NCBI GenBank assembly: GCA_045592745.1
Contig: JAZNVH010000032.1
Coordinates: 6,914 to 70,913, forward strand
Source: Candidatus Aphodoplasma sp.
GTDB taxonomy: Bacteria > Bacillota > Clostridia > UBA1381 > UMGS1253
Direction of reading: 5' to 3'
DNA: 64,000 bases
A model generated the notes under the pieces. The model saw only the letters and a program-made list of their open reading frames with translations. It did not search any database and was not told the DNA's origin. A program made the position numbers and the translations under genes. Positions 55,901-64,000 of the stretch are shown in pieces; the first letter of the stretch is position 1; each line of letters begins with the position of its first letter.

Positions 55901-56329
55901 GATTTTAAAATGTCAGCTGATGAGGCTGATACGGCACTCAAAAATTCAATGAAGCTTGACGGACTTATACTAAATGACATAGAAATCCTGCGTGATATGG
56001 ACAGAAACTTTGAAAATGGTTCTGAGTTTTTACCGATAAAGATGACAAGCAGCGGAGAAATAAAGATAAATTCGTCAATTGCAACGATGAGTCAGTTTAA
56101 GCTGCTTTCAGATTATGTGAAAAGCTCGCTTAAACAGATAGGTGATAGCATTGCGGGCGGAAAGATTGATATTATGCCATACAGAAACGCTGCATCGTCG
56201 ACGTGCTTGTATTGTTCGTACAAAAGTGTGTGCAAATTTGATGTGTCACGCTCTAAAAACGGATACAGAATGTGTCAAAAGGCACCGATAGCAAATGTGT
56301 GGGATATGATGAGAGAAGAAGTGAGGTGA
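52967..56329 (+). CDS. addB: helicase-exonuclease AddAB, subunit AddB
   Basis: N-terminal GRTGSGKT P-loop. The C-terminal RecB-like nuclease domain has an Fe-S cysteine set (C..CPFSYF... and CLYCSYKSVC). 1120 aa, upstream of addA. Confidence 0.9.
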   Translation: MRFDVLYGRTGSGKTYKCIEKIKKYIDMGERCIVIVPEQFCYRTEKMLVSSVGAISSETVEVLTFTRLAGRIFAQNSGAVKLPLSAAGKNMLVYRAVWSVKNELETYGLASQKNGFADKVMSIISEFKRYGVLPEQLLELSERADKPALSAKLADLALIYKKYDELFLDDYSDFEDNLYLAADLLEKSDYLKGVHIFIDEFTDFLPQHYKMIEALLNKACDITLCLCADKALGTRGVFSASAKTYFKLKSMCDGEHIPFYSEYMDTNFLHMQNDELLHLEKNYIKIDSEKYDEMPKNIAVFEMLNVYSEIENAAQNILSLVREEGARWREIAVCCGDAEAYFEPLKMIFSRYEIPCFLSEKIDLCAHPLVLTLLSAIDILAEGFSYESVFTYLKTGFANISLNECDLLENYVLATGIKKKAWLQDEVWSYKGGVFDEEQGGNEAIDEIRRRIISPLMCLRENIGSKHTCSHACEAIYNFMCELDIQAKTAALVEEFKSEGKLVEANLYTRIWNSILNVLDQVVLTTGDKKIGMEQLKNLLEAGFMKEQMGIIPQAADAVSVVDVSNARAQECKYLFALGTNTGTFVSNVSGEGMISDAEREAVESMGIQLAPTARSAVFDTDFLIYKALTRPSKKLFVSCALSKMDGTALAQSQICKKVCAVFPELSVVDDFTNKDEKNIFLGSCMSTFGELAMRMGKENEKDDALLLSLKKWYNSKQNYKEKLNILEKELLYSYDAKNLLPRQLDKLYPKGINTSVSRLERYSRCPFSYFIEYTLKAKERKILKIGAPDIGTIMHAVLEKFTNKIACDNIAWSQIDEHYAEAVISSILDEMGEQILGSSSLATKSTQYILKRLKNNLIRCAKLLVMHIASGRFEPVGSEITFGDNGKISAVVVDIASGKKLKIHGIIDRVDKCETDDGVYYRVIDYKSGSKSFSLESIYNKLDLQLVVYLEAAMQERKDAKPAGMLYFNIREPMIKTDFKMSADEADTALKNSMKLDGLILNDIEILRDMDRNFENGSEFLPIKMTSSGEIKINSSIATMSQFKLLSDYVKSSLKQIGDSIAGGKIDIMPYRNAASSTCLYCSYKSVCKFDVSRSKNGYRMCQKAPIANVWDMMREEVR

Positions 56330-56333
56330 GAAG

Positions 56334-59300
56334 ATGGTGGTAAACTGGACAAGTGAACAGCAAAAGGCAATTGATAAAAAGAATTGCAATTTGCTTGTAG
56401 CGGCGGCTGCAGGTTCGGGAAAAACGGCGGTTTTGGTTGAGAAAATTGTAAACCTTATTGAGAGCGGAGTGAATGTAGATTCGCTTTTGGTGACAACGTT
56501 TACAGATGCGGCAGCTAAAAAAATGAAGACAGAAATTGGCGATGAGATAAAAAAGCGGCTTATGAATAATCCGTCAAATGTGCATTTGTCGCGTCAGCTC
56601 ATGCTTTTATCACTTGCTGATATATGTACGATTGACTCTTTTTGTATGAAGATAGTGCGCTCGTCTTTTCATCTTCTTGATATAGACCCTGATTTTAAAA
56701 TAGCAGATGCAAATGAGTCGGAGCTTTTGCGTATGCAGGCGGTGAGTGAGGTCTTTGCCGAGCTATACGAAGAAAATGACGATGCTTTTTATAATCTTCT
56801 TGATTGCTATGCGACTCAAAGGGGTGATGAATCGCTTGAAGAGGTTTTGTTGTCGATTCACAATTTTGCAAGAACAATCCCCGATTATAAGGGGTGGCTT
56901 GAAAAGTGCAAGAGCATATATGCAGATTTTAAAGGAAATATTTTTGATACGCCGTGGGGCAAGGTTATTAAAAACAACACTAAAATAACGCTTGACGGCT
57001 GTATACAGTGTGCGAATTTTGCACATGATTATGCTATGCAAGTTGATGAGATGGGTAGTTATGTGGTGCCGCTCGGGATTGACCTTGGTGCTCTTAGAGA
57101 GATTAGAAATGCGCTTGAAAAAGGTAGCTTTGATGATGTGGCAAAGTTGGTAAGAGAATATAAAAATGCGTCGGGAGGAAGGGCAAAGCCAAAAACTCCC
57201 GATGAGGTAAAAGAGCCTGTGGCCGAGAATCGAGCGTACATAAAAAATCAAATGGGAAAGCTTGCGAATGATTTTTATTATGAGAGTGAAGAGGGAATTT
57301 GTACTGAGATTTTGTATACAAGTGCACAGGTTTCAGCTCTTTGTGACATTGCCCGGCGTATTGAGGAGAGATTTTTTGAAATAAAAAACAAGCGTGGTGT
57401 ACTTGATTTTGCAGACATTGAACACTTGGCACTTGAGGCACTTACGAGTGTGGATGAGGATGGAAATAATGCTCCGAGCCAGATGGCATATGAGTTAAAA
57501 CACAAGTATGAAATGATATTAATAGACGAATATCAGGACTCAAATGAGCTTCAGGAAACTATTTTTTCACGCATATCTCGTGATGACAATATTTTTATGG
57601 TGGGCGATTTAAAGCAGAGTATTTATCGTTTCAGGCACACAAACCCGCTCCTTTTTAAACATAAAAAGGATACATATAATGATGACGAAGGCATTAATCA
57701 GAGAGTCATAATGTCAAAGAATTTCAGAAGTCAGAAAAACATTATTGATTTTGTGAATTTTATTATGTCGCAAAATGCGTCCGAGGTTGTGGGTGAACTT
57801 GATTATGATGAGACAGAGATGCTCAATTTTGGCGCGGATTTTGCCGATGTGGGTGAAAGTGATACGTCGGTAGAGGTGCATCTTATTGAAGGCGGCGGAG
57901 CCGAAGATGAGAGTGATGAAAATGAAAACGTTTTTGGTGCCGAGGCGGAGGCTGTTCGCGTCGCAAAGAGGATTTTGAAGCTTAAAAGTGAGGGCTTTTG
58001 TGTATTCGACAAAAAAGAAGGATTGCGACCTGTAAAATACAAGGACATTGTTATTTTAATGCGTTCGCCAAGTGTTGATGCCGAGATTTTTTCACAGGTA
58101 CTTACAAGTTTCGGTATACCGACGTTTTCAGATGTGGGCGGCGGATATTTTATGAGTGAAGAGGTAGAGCTTATGCTTTGCTTGTTATCTGTTATTGACA
58201 ATCCTTTGCAGGATATAAAGCTGCTTTCAGTTATGCGCTCGGTTATTGGAGATTTTGATGATACAGAGCTTACAGATATAAGACTTTGTGATAATGAATC
58301 GGATATATATGGCGCGCTTTGCAGCTGCGCGTGTAACGATACACCGCTTGGAAAAAAATGCGATGCATTTATAAAAAGGATTGAGGACTGGCGGAAGCGT
58401 TCATTATATATGAGCGTTCATGAGCTTATATCATATTTATACGAAGATACGCTCTACTATGAATTTGTGGGAGCGCTGCCTTCGGGAGAGCAGAAACGTG
58501 CAAATCTGAATTTGCTTATAGAATATGCAAGGGCTTATGAGAAAACAAGCTTTAAGGGACTTTTTAATTTTGTAAGCTATGCAGAGCGTGTCAAGGGTGC
58601 AAGCCGTGATTTCGGTGCGGCGAAAACGCTTGGAGAAAATCAGGATGTAGTGCGTATTATGAGTATACACAAAAGTAAGGGGCTTGAGTTTGGAGTAGTA
58701 TTTGTAACACGTCTTGCTAAAAAATTTAATACGCGTGATTTATCAAATGCTGTGCTTGTGCATGGTGAGCTTGGCATTGGTGTTGACCTTATTGATATTA
58801 TAAACAGATATAAGTATCCTGCGTTTATAAAGCGCACAATAAAGGAAAAGCTTCGCTGTGAGCTTTTAAGTGAGGAGCTGAGAGTTTTATATGTGGCGCT
58901 TACGCGCGCAAGAGATAAGCTTATTTTGACGCTTGCGCCAAGCATGAGAGAAAACAAAAAGAAAAAGTGGCTTTCGGGTGCGAGAGGTGCGACGAAAGAT
59001 GCTTTGCCGCTTTATTATACATTGTCGGCGTCGGGGCTTTCTGATTGGGTTATGGGGGCGATGATGCGCTGCGATGCACTGAGAGAGTATGCAGGGGAGT
59101 ATATATCATACGAAGGGGTATGCCCTGATATTAAGTTTTTTAATTCCTCTGAATTTTTGAGCATAGAGGCTAAAGAAAAAGATAATGAGCCTTTATGTGT
59201 GCATAATGATGAAATGACAGAAATGATAGAAAAAAAGCTCGGGTATGAGTATCCTTATAAATATGCCCAAAAGCTTGCTACGAAGCTGTCGGTAACTGAA

Positions 59301-59918
59301 ATGAAGAGAGCTATAAACAACGATGTAGATTTGCAGACTGCGCGTCTTGATGGTGAGCAAATGATAGATATGCCCCTGTTTTTAAAAGAGTCTTCAAATC
59401 TTAGTGCGACGCAAAAGGGCAGTGCGATGCATTTTGTGATGCAAAATCTCGATTTGTCAGGTGTGCTTGATGAAGATGGAGTTAAAAAGCAGATTGATCG
59501 TATGGTGGAAAATGGCATAATTGATAAAAAACAGGCACAGAGCGTATCCTCTGTTAAAATTGCGGGCTTTTTTGAGTCGGAGCTTGGAAAAAGGATGATT
59601 TCAAGTCAGAACACGGTGCGTGAAGCGCCGTTTGAAATTGAGATTGAGGCAGAGAAAATTGCAGGTGATGATGCACGCGGCGAGAAGATTTTGCTTCAGG
59701 GAATTATAGATTGCTATTTTTATGAGGATGATGAAATCATATTGGTGGATTATAAAACTGATTTTGCATACTCTGATAAAGATGTAAGAAGAATTAAGAA
59801 AAAATACGAGCTGCAGCTTGACCTTTATGCACGTGCGCTTGAAAAAATTACGGGTAAATGCGTAAAAGAGAAAAATTTATATTTATTTTCCTGCGAAAGT
59901 GTGATACAATATAAATAA
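56334..59918 (+). CDS. addA: helicase-exonuclease AddAB, subunit AddA (UvrD/Rep-type helicase plus nuclease)
   Basis: WTSEQQKAI..., AAAGSGKTAVLVEKI, IDEYQDSN, VGDLKQSIYRFR, and a C-terminal nuclease (GIIDCYF...VDYKTD); 1194 aa. Confidence 0.95.
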   Translation: MVVNWTSEQQKAIDKKNCNLLVAAAAGSGKTAVLVEKIVNLIESGVNVDSLLVTTFTDAAAKKMKTEIGDEIKKRLMNNPSNVHLSRQLMLLSLADICTIDSFCMKIVRSSFHLLDIDPDFKIADANESELLRMQAVSEVFAELYEENDDAFYNLLDCYATQRGDESLEEVLLSIHNFARTIPDYKGWLEKCKSIYADFKGNIFDTPWGKVIKNNTKITLDGCIQCANFAHDYAMQVDEMGSYVVPLGIDLGALREIRNALEKGSFDDVAKLVREYKNASGGRAKPKTPDEVKEPVAENRAYIKNQMGKLANDFYYESEEGICTEILYTSAQVSALCDIARRIEERFFEIKNKRGVLDFADIEHLALEALTSVDEDGNNAPSQMAYELKHKYEMILIDEYQDSNELQETIFSRISRDDNIFMVGDLKQSIYRFRHTNPLLFKHKKDTYNDDEGINQRVIMSKNFRSQKNIIDFVNFIMSQNASEVVGELDYDETEMLNFGADFADVGESDTSVEVHLIEGGGAEDESDENENVFGAEAEAVRVAKRILKLKSEGFCVFDKKEGLRPVKYKDIVILMRSPSVDAEIFSQVLTSFGIPTFSDVGGGYFMSEEVELMLCLLSVIDNPLQDIKLLSVMRSVIGDFDDTELTDIRLCDNESDIYGALCSCACNDTPLGKKCDAFIKRIEDWRKRSLYMSVHELISYLYEDTLYYEFVGALPSGEQKRANLNLLIEYARAYEKTSFKGLFNFVSYAERVKGASRDFGAAKTLGENQDVVRIMSIHKSKGLEFGVVFVTRLAKKFNTRDLSNAVLVHGELGIGVDLIDIINRYKYPAFIKRTIKEKLRCELLSEELRVLYVALTRARDKLILTLAPSMRENKKKKWLSGARGATKDALPLYYTLSASGLSDWVMGAMMRCDALREYAGEYISYEGVCPDIKFFNSSEFLSIEAKEKDNEPLCVHNDEMTEMIEKKLGYEYPYKYAQKLATKLSVTEMKRAINNDVDLQTARLDGEQMIDMPLFLKESSNLSATQKGSAMHFVMQNLDLSGVLDEDGVKKQIDRMVENGIIDKKQAQSVSSVKIAGFFESELGKRMISSQNTVREAPFEIEIEAEKIAGDDARGEKILLQGIIDCYFYEDDEIILVDYKTDFAYSDKDVRRIKKKYELQLDLYARALEKITGKCVKEKNLYLFSCESVIQYK

Positions 59919-59939
59919 AGAGTGTTGGGGGGAGTATAA

Positions 59940-60320
59940 GTGGCAAAGAAAAGCATTTATAACAGCGTAAGCCGTGAAAAAAAGGATAATACAAAAACCG
60001 TTTGCATTGTACTCGGAGCTATTATAACACTTTTGGTTATATTTATTGTGTGGTGTGCGTTTGTTTTTTCAGATGGTGGAAGTTATGAAAACACCGCCAA
60101 GGATGTTACGACGCTTAAGCTTGAGATTGAACAAAAGGACTTTGAGATTAACGAGCTTAAAGAAAAGGTTGTAAAGCTTGAGGAGCAAAAAAGACAGCTT
60201 GAGCTTGAGATTGCAGCAAACAAGCAACAAAATGAGCAGACAAACGAACAGCAAGAATCATCAGGTGAGACTGAAGACGGGATGCAAATGCCCGAGCAAA
60301 CAGAAAATATTGCACAATAA
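59940..60320 (+). CDS. membrane-anchored coiled-coil protein, hypothetical
   Basis: GTG start after GGGGGGAG. It has one TM helix (VCIVLGAIITLLVIFIVWCAFVF), then a heptad-rich Glu/Lys/Gln segment. I recognise no family. Confidence 0.5.
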   Translation: MAKKSIYNSVSREKKDNTKTVCIVLGAIITLLVIFIVWCAFVFSDGGSYENTAKDVTTLKLEIEQKDFEINELKEKVVKLEEQKRQLELEIAANKQQNEQTNEQQESSGETEDGMQMPEQTENIAQ

Positions 60321-60384
60321 AATATCCTGATTTTATAATATTGGTATTTATATGAATGAAAATATAAAAAAATTCATAAAAAAC

Positions 60385-60413
60385 TTGACATTACCAAAAA
60401 AAATCAGTATAAT
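60385..60413 (+). promoter_or_regulatory. consensus sigma-A promoter for yceD-rpmF
   Basis: TTGACA (60385-60390), 17-nt spacer, TATAAT (60408-60413). Confidence 0.7.
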
Positions 60414-60442
60414 ATTAATTGCGGTTTTTATGAGGTGTATAT

Positions 60443-60952
60443 ATGGAACTGAATTTAACTGATATTGTAAAAAGTGATGGGAGCGAAAAACGCTTCAGTG
60501 ACAAGCTTTCTCTTGAGCCTGTGAAGTATATGGGCCTTGAGGTTCGTTTTGACGAAGACGTGTTTGTAGAAGGATGCGTTAAAAACGTGAGCGGTGTACT
60601 TGAGCTCGATATGAAGATATCGTGCAAGATTTTTACACAGTGTGCGCGTTGCCTTGAGAGCGTTGAAAGAGAGCTTTGTGAAAACGTGCGTGAAACGCTT
60701 TTGCAGGAAGGCGAGGAAGGACTTGACAATAATGATAACGACGGTGATGTTATTGTTTTTTCGGGTTACTTATTACCGCTTGATGAAATCGTGTTAAACG
60801 CTATCTTAGTGAGCATGGATGTGAGGTATTTGTGCTCCGAGGATTGCAAGGGATTGTGTCCTGTATGCGGTAAAAACTTGAATGTTGAATCTTGTGACTG
60901 TAAGAGCGACATTGTTGACCCTCGGTTTGAAGTGTTATCAAAATTAATATGA
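60443..60952 (+). CDS. YceD-family (DUF177) protein
   Basis: 169 aa with cysteine motifs CARCLESV and CSEDCKGLCPVCGKNLN..CDC, in the conserved position upstream of rpmF. Confidence 0.85.
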   Translation: MELNLTDIVKSDGSEKRFSDKLSLEPVKYMGLEVRFDEDVFVEGCVKNVSGVLELDMKISCKIFTQCARCLESVERELCENVRETLLQEGEEGLDNNDNDGDVIVFSGYLLPLDEIVLNAILVSMDVRYLCSEDCKGLCPVCGKNLNVESCDCKSDIVDPRFEVLSKLI

Positions 60953-60988
60953 TAAATAAATTGTTTAATATAATAGGAGGTGTATCTC

Positions 60989-61168
60989 ATGGCAGTACCA
61001 AAGGGAAAAGTATCTAAGGCAAGAAGAGATAAAAGAAGAGCTAATTGGAAGCTTGAAGCTCCGAATCTTGTAAAGTGTCCTAATTGTCAAGAGTTGAAAA
61101 TGCCGCACAGAGTTTGTGGTAATTGTGGCTTTTACAAGGGCAGAGAGGTTCTTAAAGTGGCTGAGTAA
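60989..61168 (+). CDS. rpmF: 50S ribosomal protein L32
   Basis: MAVPKGKVSKARRDKRRANWKL... and the CPNC..HRVC..CG zinc ribbon. ATG follows AGGAGG. Confidence 0.95.
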   Translation: MAVPKGKVSKARRDKRRANWKLEAPNLVKCPNCQELKMPHRVCGNCGFYKGREVLKVAE

Positions 61169-61195
61169 TACTTATTATTTATTTGCCTGAGTAAG

Positions 61196-61221
61196 GCGGA
61201 CGCAGATGCGTCCGCTTTTTT
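61196..61221 (+). terminator. rho-independent terminator after rpmF
   Basis: GCGGACGC-AGAT-GCGTCCGC followed by TTTTTT. Confidence 0.85.
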
Positions 61222-61286
61222 CGTGTCTGAAAAAAGTAATAGAATATCAAAGATGTTGCATAAATTTATATACAGGAGGCGATAGT

Positions 61287-61544
61287 ATGCTCAGAGCGGG
61301 GGATTTGAGGCAAAAGGAAGTTATCAATGTTGCGACGGGAATGAGGCTCGGTTTTGTAAGTGATGTTGAAATTAATTTTGAAGATGGTTATATTGAGTCC
61401 ATAGTTGTACCCGGACCAAGCAGATTTTTTTTCTTTTTTGCAAAAAGTGATGATTATATCATACCGTGGAAGGATATTATACGCGTCGGTGACGATATTA
61501 TTTTGGTCGACATGCCACAGCTTGTAAATAAAACTGCAAGATAG
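61287..61544 (+). CDS. YlmC/YmxH family PRC-barrel sporulation protein
   Basis: MLRAGDLRQKEVINVATGMRLGFVSDVEINFEDGYIESIVVPG... is the typical YlmC/YmxH sequence. ATG follows AGGAGG. Confidence 0.8.
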   Translation: MLRAGDLRQKEVINVATGMRLGFVSDVEINFEDGYIESIVVPGPSRFFFFFAKSDDYIIPWKDIIRVGDDIILVDMPQLVNKTAR

Positions 61545-61623
61545 CTTGCAAAAGTGAAAAAATTAGTGTATAATACTTAAAAAGTGTGTTTTAATTTTAA
61601 TATTATGTAACGGAGGAAAAAAT

Positions 61624-62079
61624 ATGAAATGTCCGTTTTGTGGTTTTGCTGACAGTAAAGTTATAGACTCGCGTCCTACTGAAGAGGGGACTTCGATACG
61701 TCGCAGAAGAGAGTGTATAGAGTGTGGCGGTCGTTTTACAACGTATGAAAAGCTTGAGACTATACCGCTTATTGTTATAAAAAATGATGAGTCAAGAGAG
61801 CCTTTCGACCGTCATAAGCTTCTTAGCGGTATTATGAGTGCTTGTGTTAAGCGCCCCGTACCAACTGCTAAGCTTGAGGAACTTGTTGATGATATTGAAG
61901 CATCAATGTCAAATTCTTTAAGGCGTGAATTTACATCGGAGGAAATCGGTGAAATGGCAATGGATCGCCTTAAAAAGCTTGATGAGGTGGCATATGTACG
62001 TTTTGCATCGGTTTACAGACGTTTTCAGGATGTGGATACGTTCAGAAATGAATTAAACAAGCTTCTTGGTGGAAAGTAA
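61624..62079 (+). CDS. nrdR: transcriptional repressor NrdR
   Basis: [40 protein letters not shown] forms the zinc ribbon, followed by an ATP-cone. Confidence 0.95.
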   Translation: MKCPFCGFADSKVIDSRPTEEGTSIRRRRECIECGGRFTTYEKLETIPLIVIKNDESREPFDRHKLLSGIMSACVKRPVPTAKLEELVDDIEASMSNSLRREFTSEEIGEMAMDRLKKLDEVAYVRFASVYRRFQDVDTFRNELNKLLGGK

Positions 62080-62120
62080 TCTTTGTTTGAGATATCGCTT
62101 GTGATGAAATGAGGAATTTT

Positions 62121-62978
62121 ATGCCGAGTTTTATTGATTTACATACACATACGACGGCGTCCGACGGTGCTATGACGCCGGCAGAGCTTGTGCGTTATGC
62201 TGAAGAATGTGGACTTAGTGCTATTGCGATAACCGACCACGACTCTGTTGATGGTCTTGAAGAGGCGCGCGCAGCTTCACAAGGACTTGATATTGAGGTT
62301 ATAGATGGAATAGAATTAAGTGCTGAATATGAAAATGAACTACACATTTTAGGGCTTTATATTGACCCGTATGCAGCGATGCTGCAGGGAGCTATGCAGG
62401 AGCTTTGTAACAAGCGCGAACAGCGTAACGAAAAGATGATTGTGCGACTTTCAGAGCTTGGTTTTGATATTACACGTGATGATGTTTTATCAAAATGTGC
62501 ACTCGGTAATATGTCAAATGTGGGACGTGTTCATATTGCGCTGGCACTTATAGAAAAGGGATATGCAACGGATATTGATGATGCGTTTTCAAAATATCTT
62601 GCCAAAGGTGGAGCTGCGCACATTCCGCGTGAGCGTTTTTCACCCAAAAAATGCATTGAAATTATAAAAAGTTCGGGTGGGTATGCTTTTTTGGCACACC
62701 CTGCATATTCGCAGAAGGACCCCGAAAAGCTGTGTGCACTTATAGATGAGCTTGTATGTTATGGTCTTGACGGTGTTGAGTGTTATCACAGTGCGCTGAC
62801 GGAAAAGTATAGCCAGATGTGTGTGGATATATGCAAGAGCCGTGACCTTTTAATCAGCGGCGGCTCGGATTTTCATGGACTTAACAGGATGGATGTTCGT
62901 ATCGGACAGGTTAGTGACGGAAGATATATCGAGTATGATATATTGGGTGATATAAAAATAGAAATAGAAAAGCTTTGA
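62121..62978 (+). CDS. PHP-domain metal-dependent phosphoesterase
   Basis: IDLHTHTTASDG at the N-terminus, plus AITDHD, LAHP and GGSDFHG motifs. Confidence 0.8.
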   Translation: MPSFIDLHTHTTASDGAMTPAELVRYAEECGLSAIAITDHDSVDGLEEARAASQGLDIEVIDGIELSAEYENELHILGLYIDPYAAMLQGAMQELCNKREQRNEKMIVRLSELGFDITRDDVLSKCALGNMSNVGRVHIALALIEKGYATDIDDAFSKYLAKGGAAHIPRERFSPKKCIEIIKSSGGYAFLAHPAYSQKDPEKLCALIDELVCYGLDGVECYHSALTEKYSQMCVDICKSRDLLISGGSDFHGLNRMDVRIGQVSDGRYIEYDILGDIKIEIEKL

Positions 62979-63044
62979 TAAAATCAGTATAAAAATACCC
63001 CCAAAGAGTGTTTTGCTCTCTGGGGGTATAGTTTTTAGTATGTA

Positions 63045-63995
63045 TTACTTTTTCTTTCCAACGTTGTTGTGTGTCATGTTTTTAGCTACTTCCCACGGAA
63101 TGTCAAGCCATGTGGGCTTTCCTGCCATATCGTTTTCGATATCTGTAAGAAGTGCTTCTGTAATATAGTGGCGACGGTCTACTGTTGGTCCACCCTTATG
63201 AGGTTGCATGATAACTCTTTTGCGACCGTAGTATATATCACTTACCGGCGGTTCTTCATGGAATACGTCCAAAACAAAGTACAAACGATCTTTTTTGATT
63301 TCGTTCAAAAGAGCCTCTTCATCAACAACAGAACCTCTTGCTGTGTTTATAAAGAGAGCATCATCCTTCATAAGAGCGAAATGCTCAGCTTTAATCATAC
63401 CAACTGTTTGAGGTGTTTGTGCTGTCTGGATTGAAACTATATCACTTAGTCTAAATACATCTTCAAGTGAAACCTGCTCGATGTTATTTTCCTCAAGATA
63501 ATCCTGTGGAAGAGTTCTTCTCGAATAAAGCTTAATTTTAACGTGGAATGGTTTTAAAAGCTTTATAAGATATCTTGCAATCGCACCAAAGCTTACAATT
63601 CCGACTGTTTTATCATAAAGACCTTCTGAACGTGTTACATTAGGATCGCGCCAACCTCTCTCATATGAAACAAGGTGAGCATGGAACGGAATCATACGAA
63701 GTGATGAAAGCATATATGCAAGACATGATTCTGCAACTGATTCTGCAAAGAATTCGTTACCGCCAAGCACTTTTATGCCACGATTGTATACTTCTTCGCA
63801 CAGAAAATCTGTTACTGAGCCTGCAGTGTGTGCAAAGTACTTTAATTTGTCAGCATGCTTAAGTACATCTTCATCTACGCAAGGTGAACCCCAACCTGTT
63901 AGGACTACGTCTTTGCCTTTGATGTTTTCGCAAAGCTCTTCGTGTGTAAATTGTCTTCCTGTTTCATTGAAGACAACATTACCCATTTTCTTCAT
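63045..63995 (-). CDS. D-isomer-specific 2-hydroxyacid dehydrogenase family protein
   Basis: NAD-binding region TVGIVSFGAIARYLIKLLKPFHVK, the ...FINTARGSVVDEEAL... motif and a catalytic His region (QPHKGG). The start lies about 5 nt from the window edge. Confidence 0.8.
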   Translation of the reverse strand: MKKMGNVVFNETGRQFTHEELCENIKGKDVVLTGWGSPCVDEDVLKHADKLKYFAHTAGSVTDFLCEEVYNRGIKVLGGNEFFAESVAESCLAYMLSSLRMIPFHAHLVSYERGWRDPNVTRSEGLYDKTVGIVSFGAIARYLIKLLKPFHVKIKLYSRRTLPQDYLEENNIEQVSLEDVFRLSDIVSIQTAQTPQTVGMIKAEHFALMKDDALFINTARGSVVDEEALLNEIKKDRLYFVLDVFHEEPPVSDIYYGRKRVIMQPHKGGPTVDRRHYITEALLTDIENDMAGKPTWLDIPWEVAKNMTHNNVGKKK

Positions 63996-64000
63996 TCTTT

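Noticed and set aside
1-64000. Prophage, ICE, transposon or defence island
   Set aside because: I recognise no integrase, transposase, recombinase, terminase, restriction-modification, Cas, or abortive-infection-like genes. Gene content is overwhelmingly core housekeeping and sporulation, and composition appears uniform by eye.

Overview
This 64 kb window looks like chromosome from a low-GC, endospore-forming Firmicute. The taxon guess (class Clostridia, possibly Oscillospiraceae/Ruminococcaceae-like) rests only on gene content and synteny. It is densely coding, with about 60 CDS and one tRNA, and I saw no transposase, integrase, phage genes or CRISPR array.

Recognisable blocks, left to right:
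- recJ (5' part).
- An orphan Na+-decarboxylase membrane module.
- A spoVB-spmA-spmB-M14 peptidase sporulation operon.
- A Wzz/BY-kinase pair.
- The conserved yybS-gdpP-rplI-dnaB-tilS-hpt-ftsH block.
- nagA.
- An SH3/NlpC-P60 hydrolase.
- comEC-holA.
- infC-rpmI-rplT, followed by a lone tRNA-Gln(CUG).
- degV, trmL and a DUF362 Fe-S protein.
- A minus-strand glycogen operon, glgB-C-D-A-P, extended by a GH13 enzyme and a flavoprotein.
- gpr, an M16 peptidase pair, lgt, a Spo0E-like gene and addBA.
- yceD-rpmF, ylmC, nrdR, a PHP protein and a 2-hydroxyacid dehydrogenase.

The least ordinary stretch is about 9.6-11.7 kb. An unannotated 38-aa acidic peptide gene sits there with a consensus promoter and a leaky-looking hairpin. 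It is followed by an SLH surface protein and an overlapping HprK-like P-loop protein, all wedged between the capsule-type kinase pair and yybS. The peptide obeys the leader/core rules of lasso-type RiPP precursors, and HprK-like kinases are known tailoring enzymes of Firmicute lasso clusters. No cyclase or leader protease is in the window, so this remains a hypothesis.

Other points worth a second look:
- A perfect (YG)12 tandem tail on the BY-kinase.
- An in-frame TAG in an AEC transporter.
- A frameshift at an A6 run that splits an AraC regulator.
- A structured 159-nt spacer inside the glg operon.

All product calls come from reading motifs by eye. No database searches were run.
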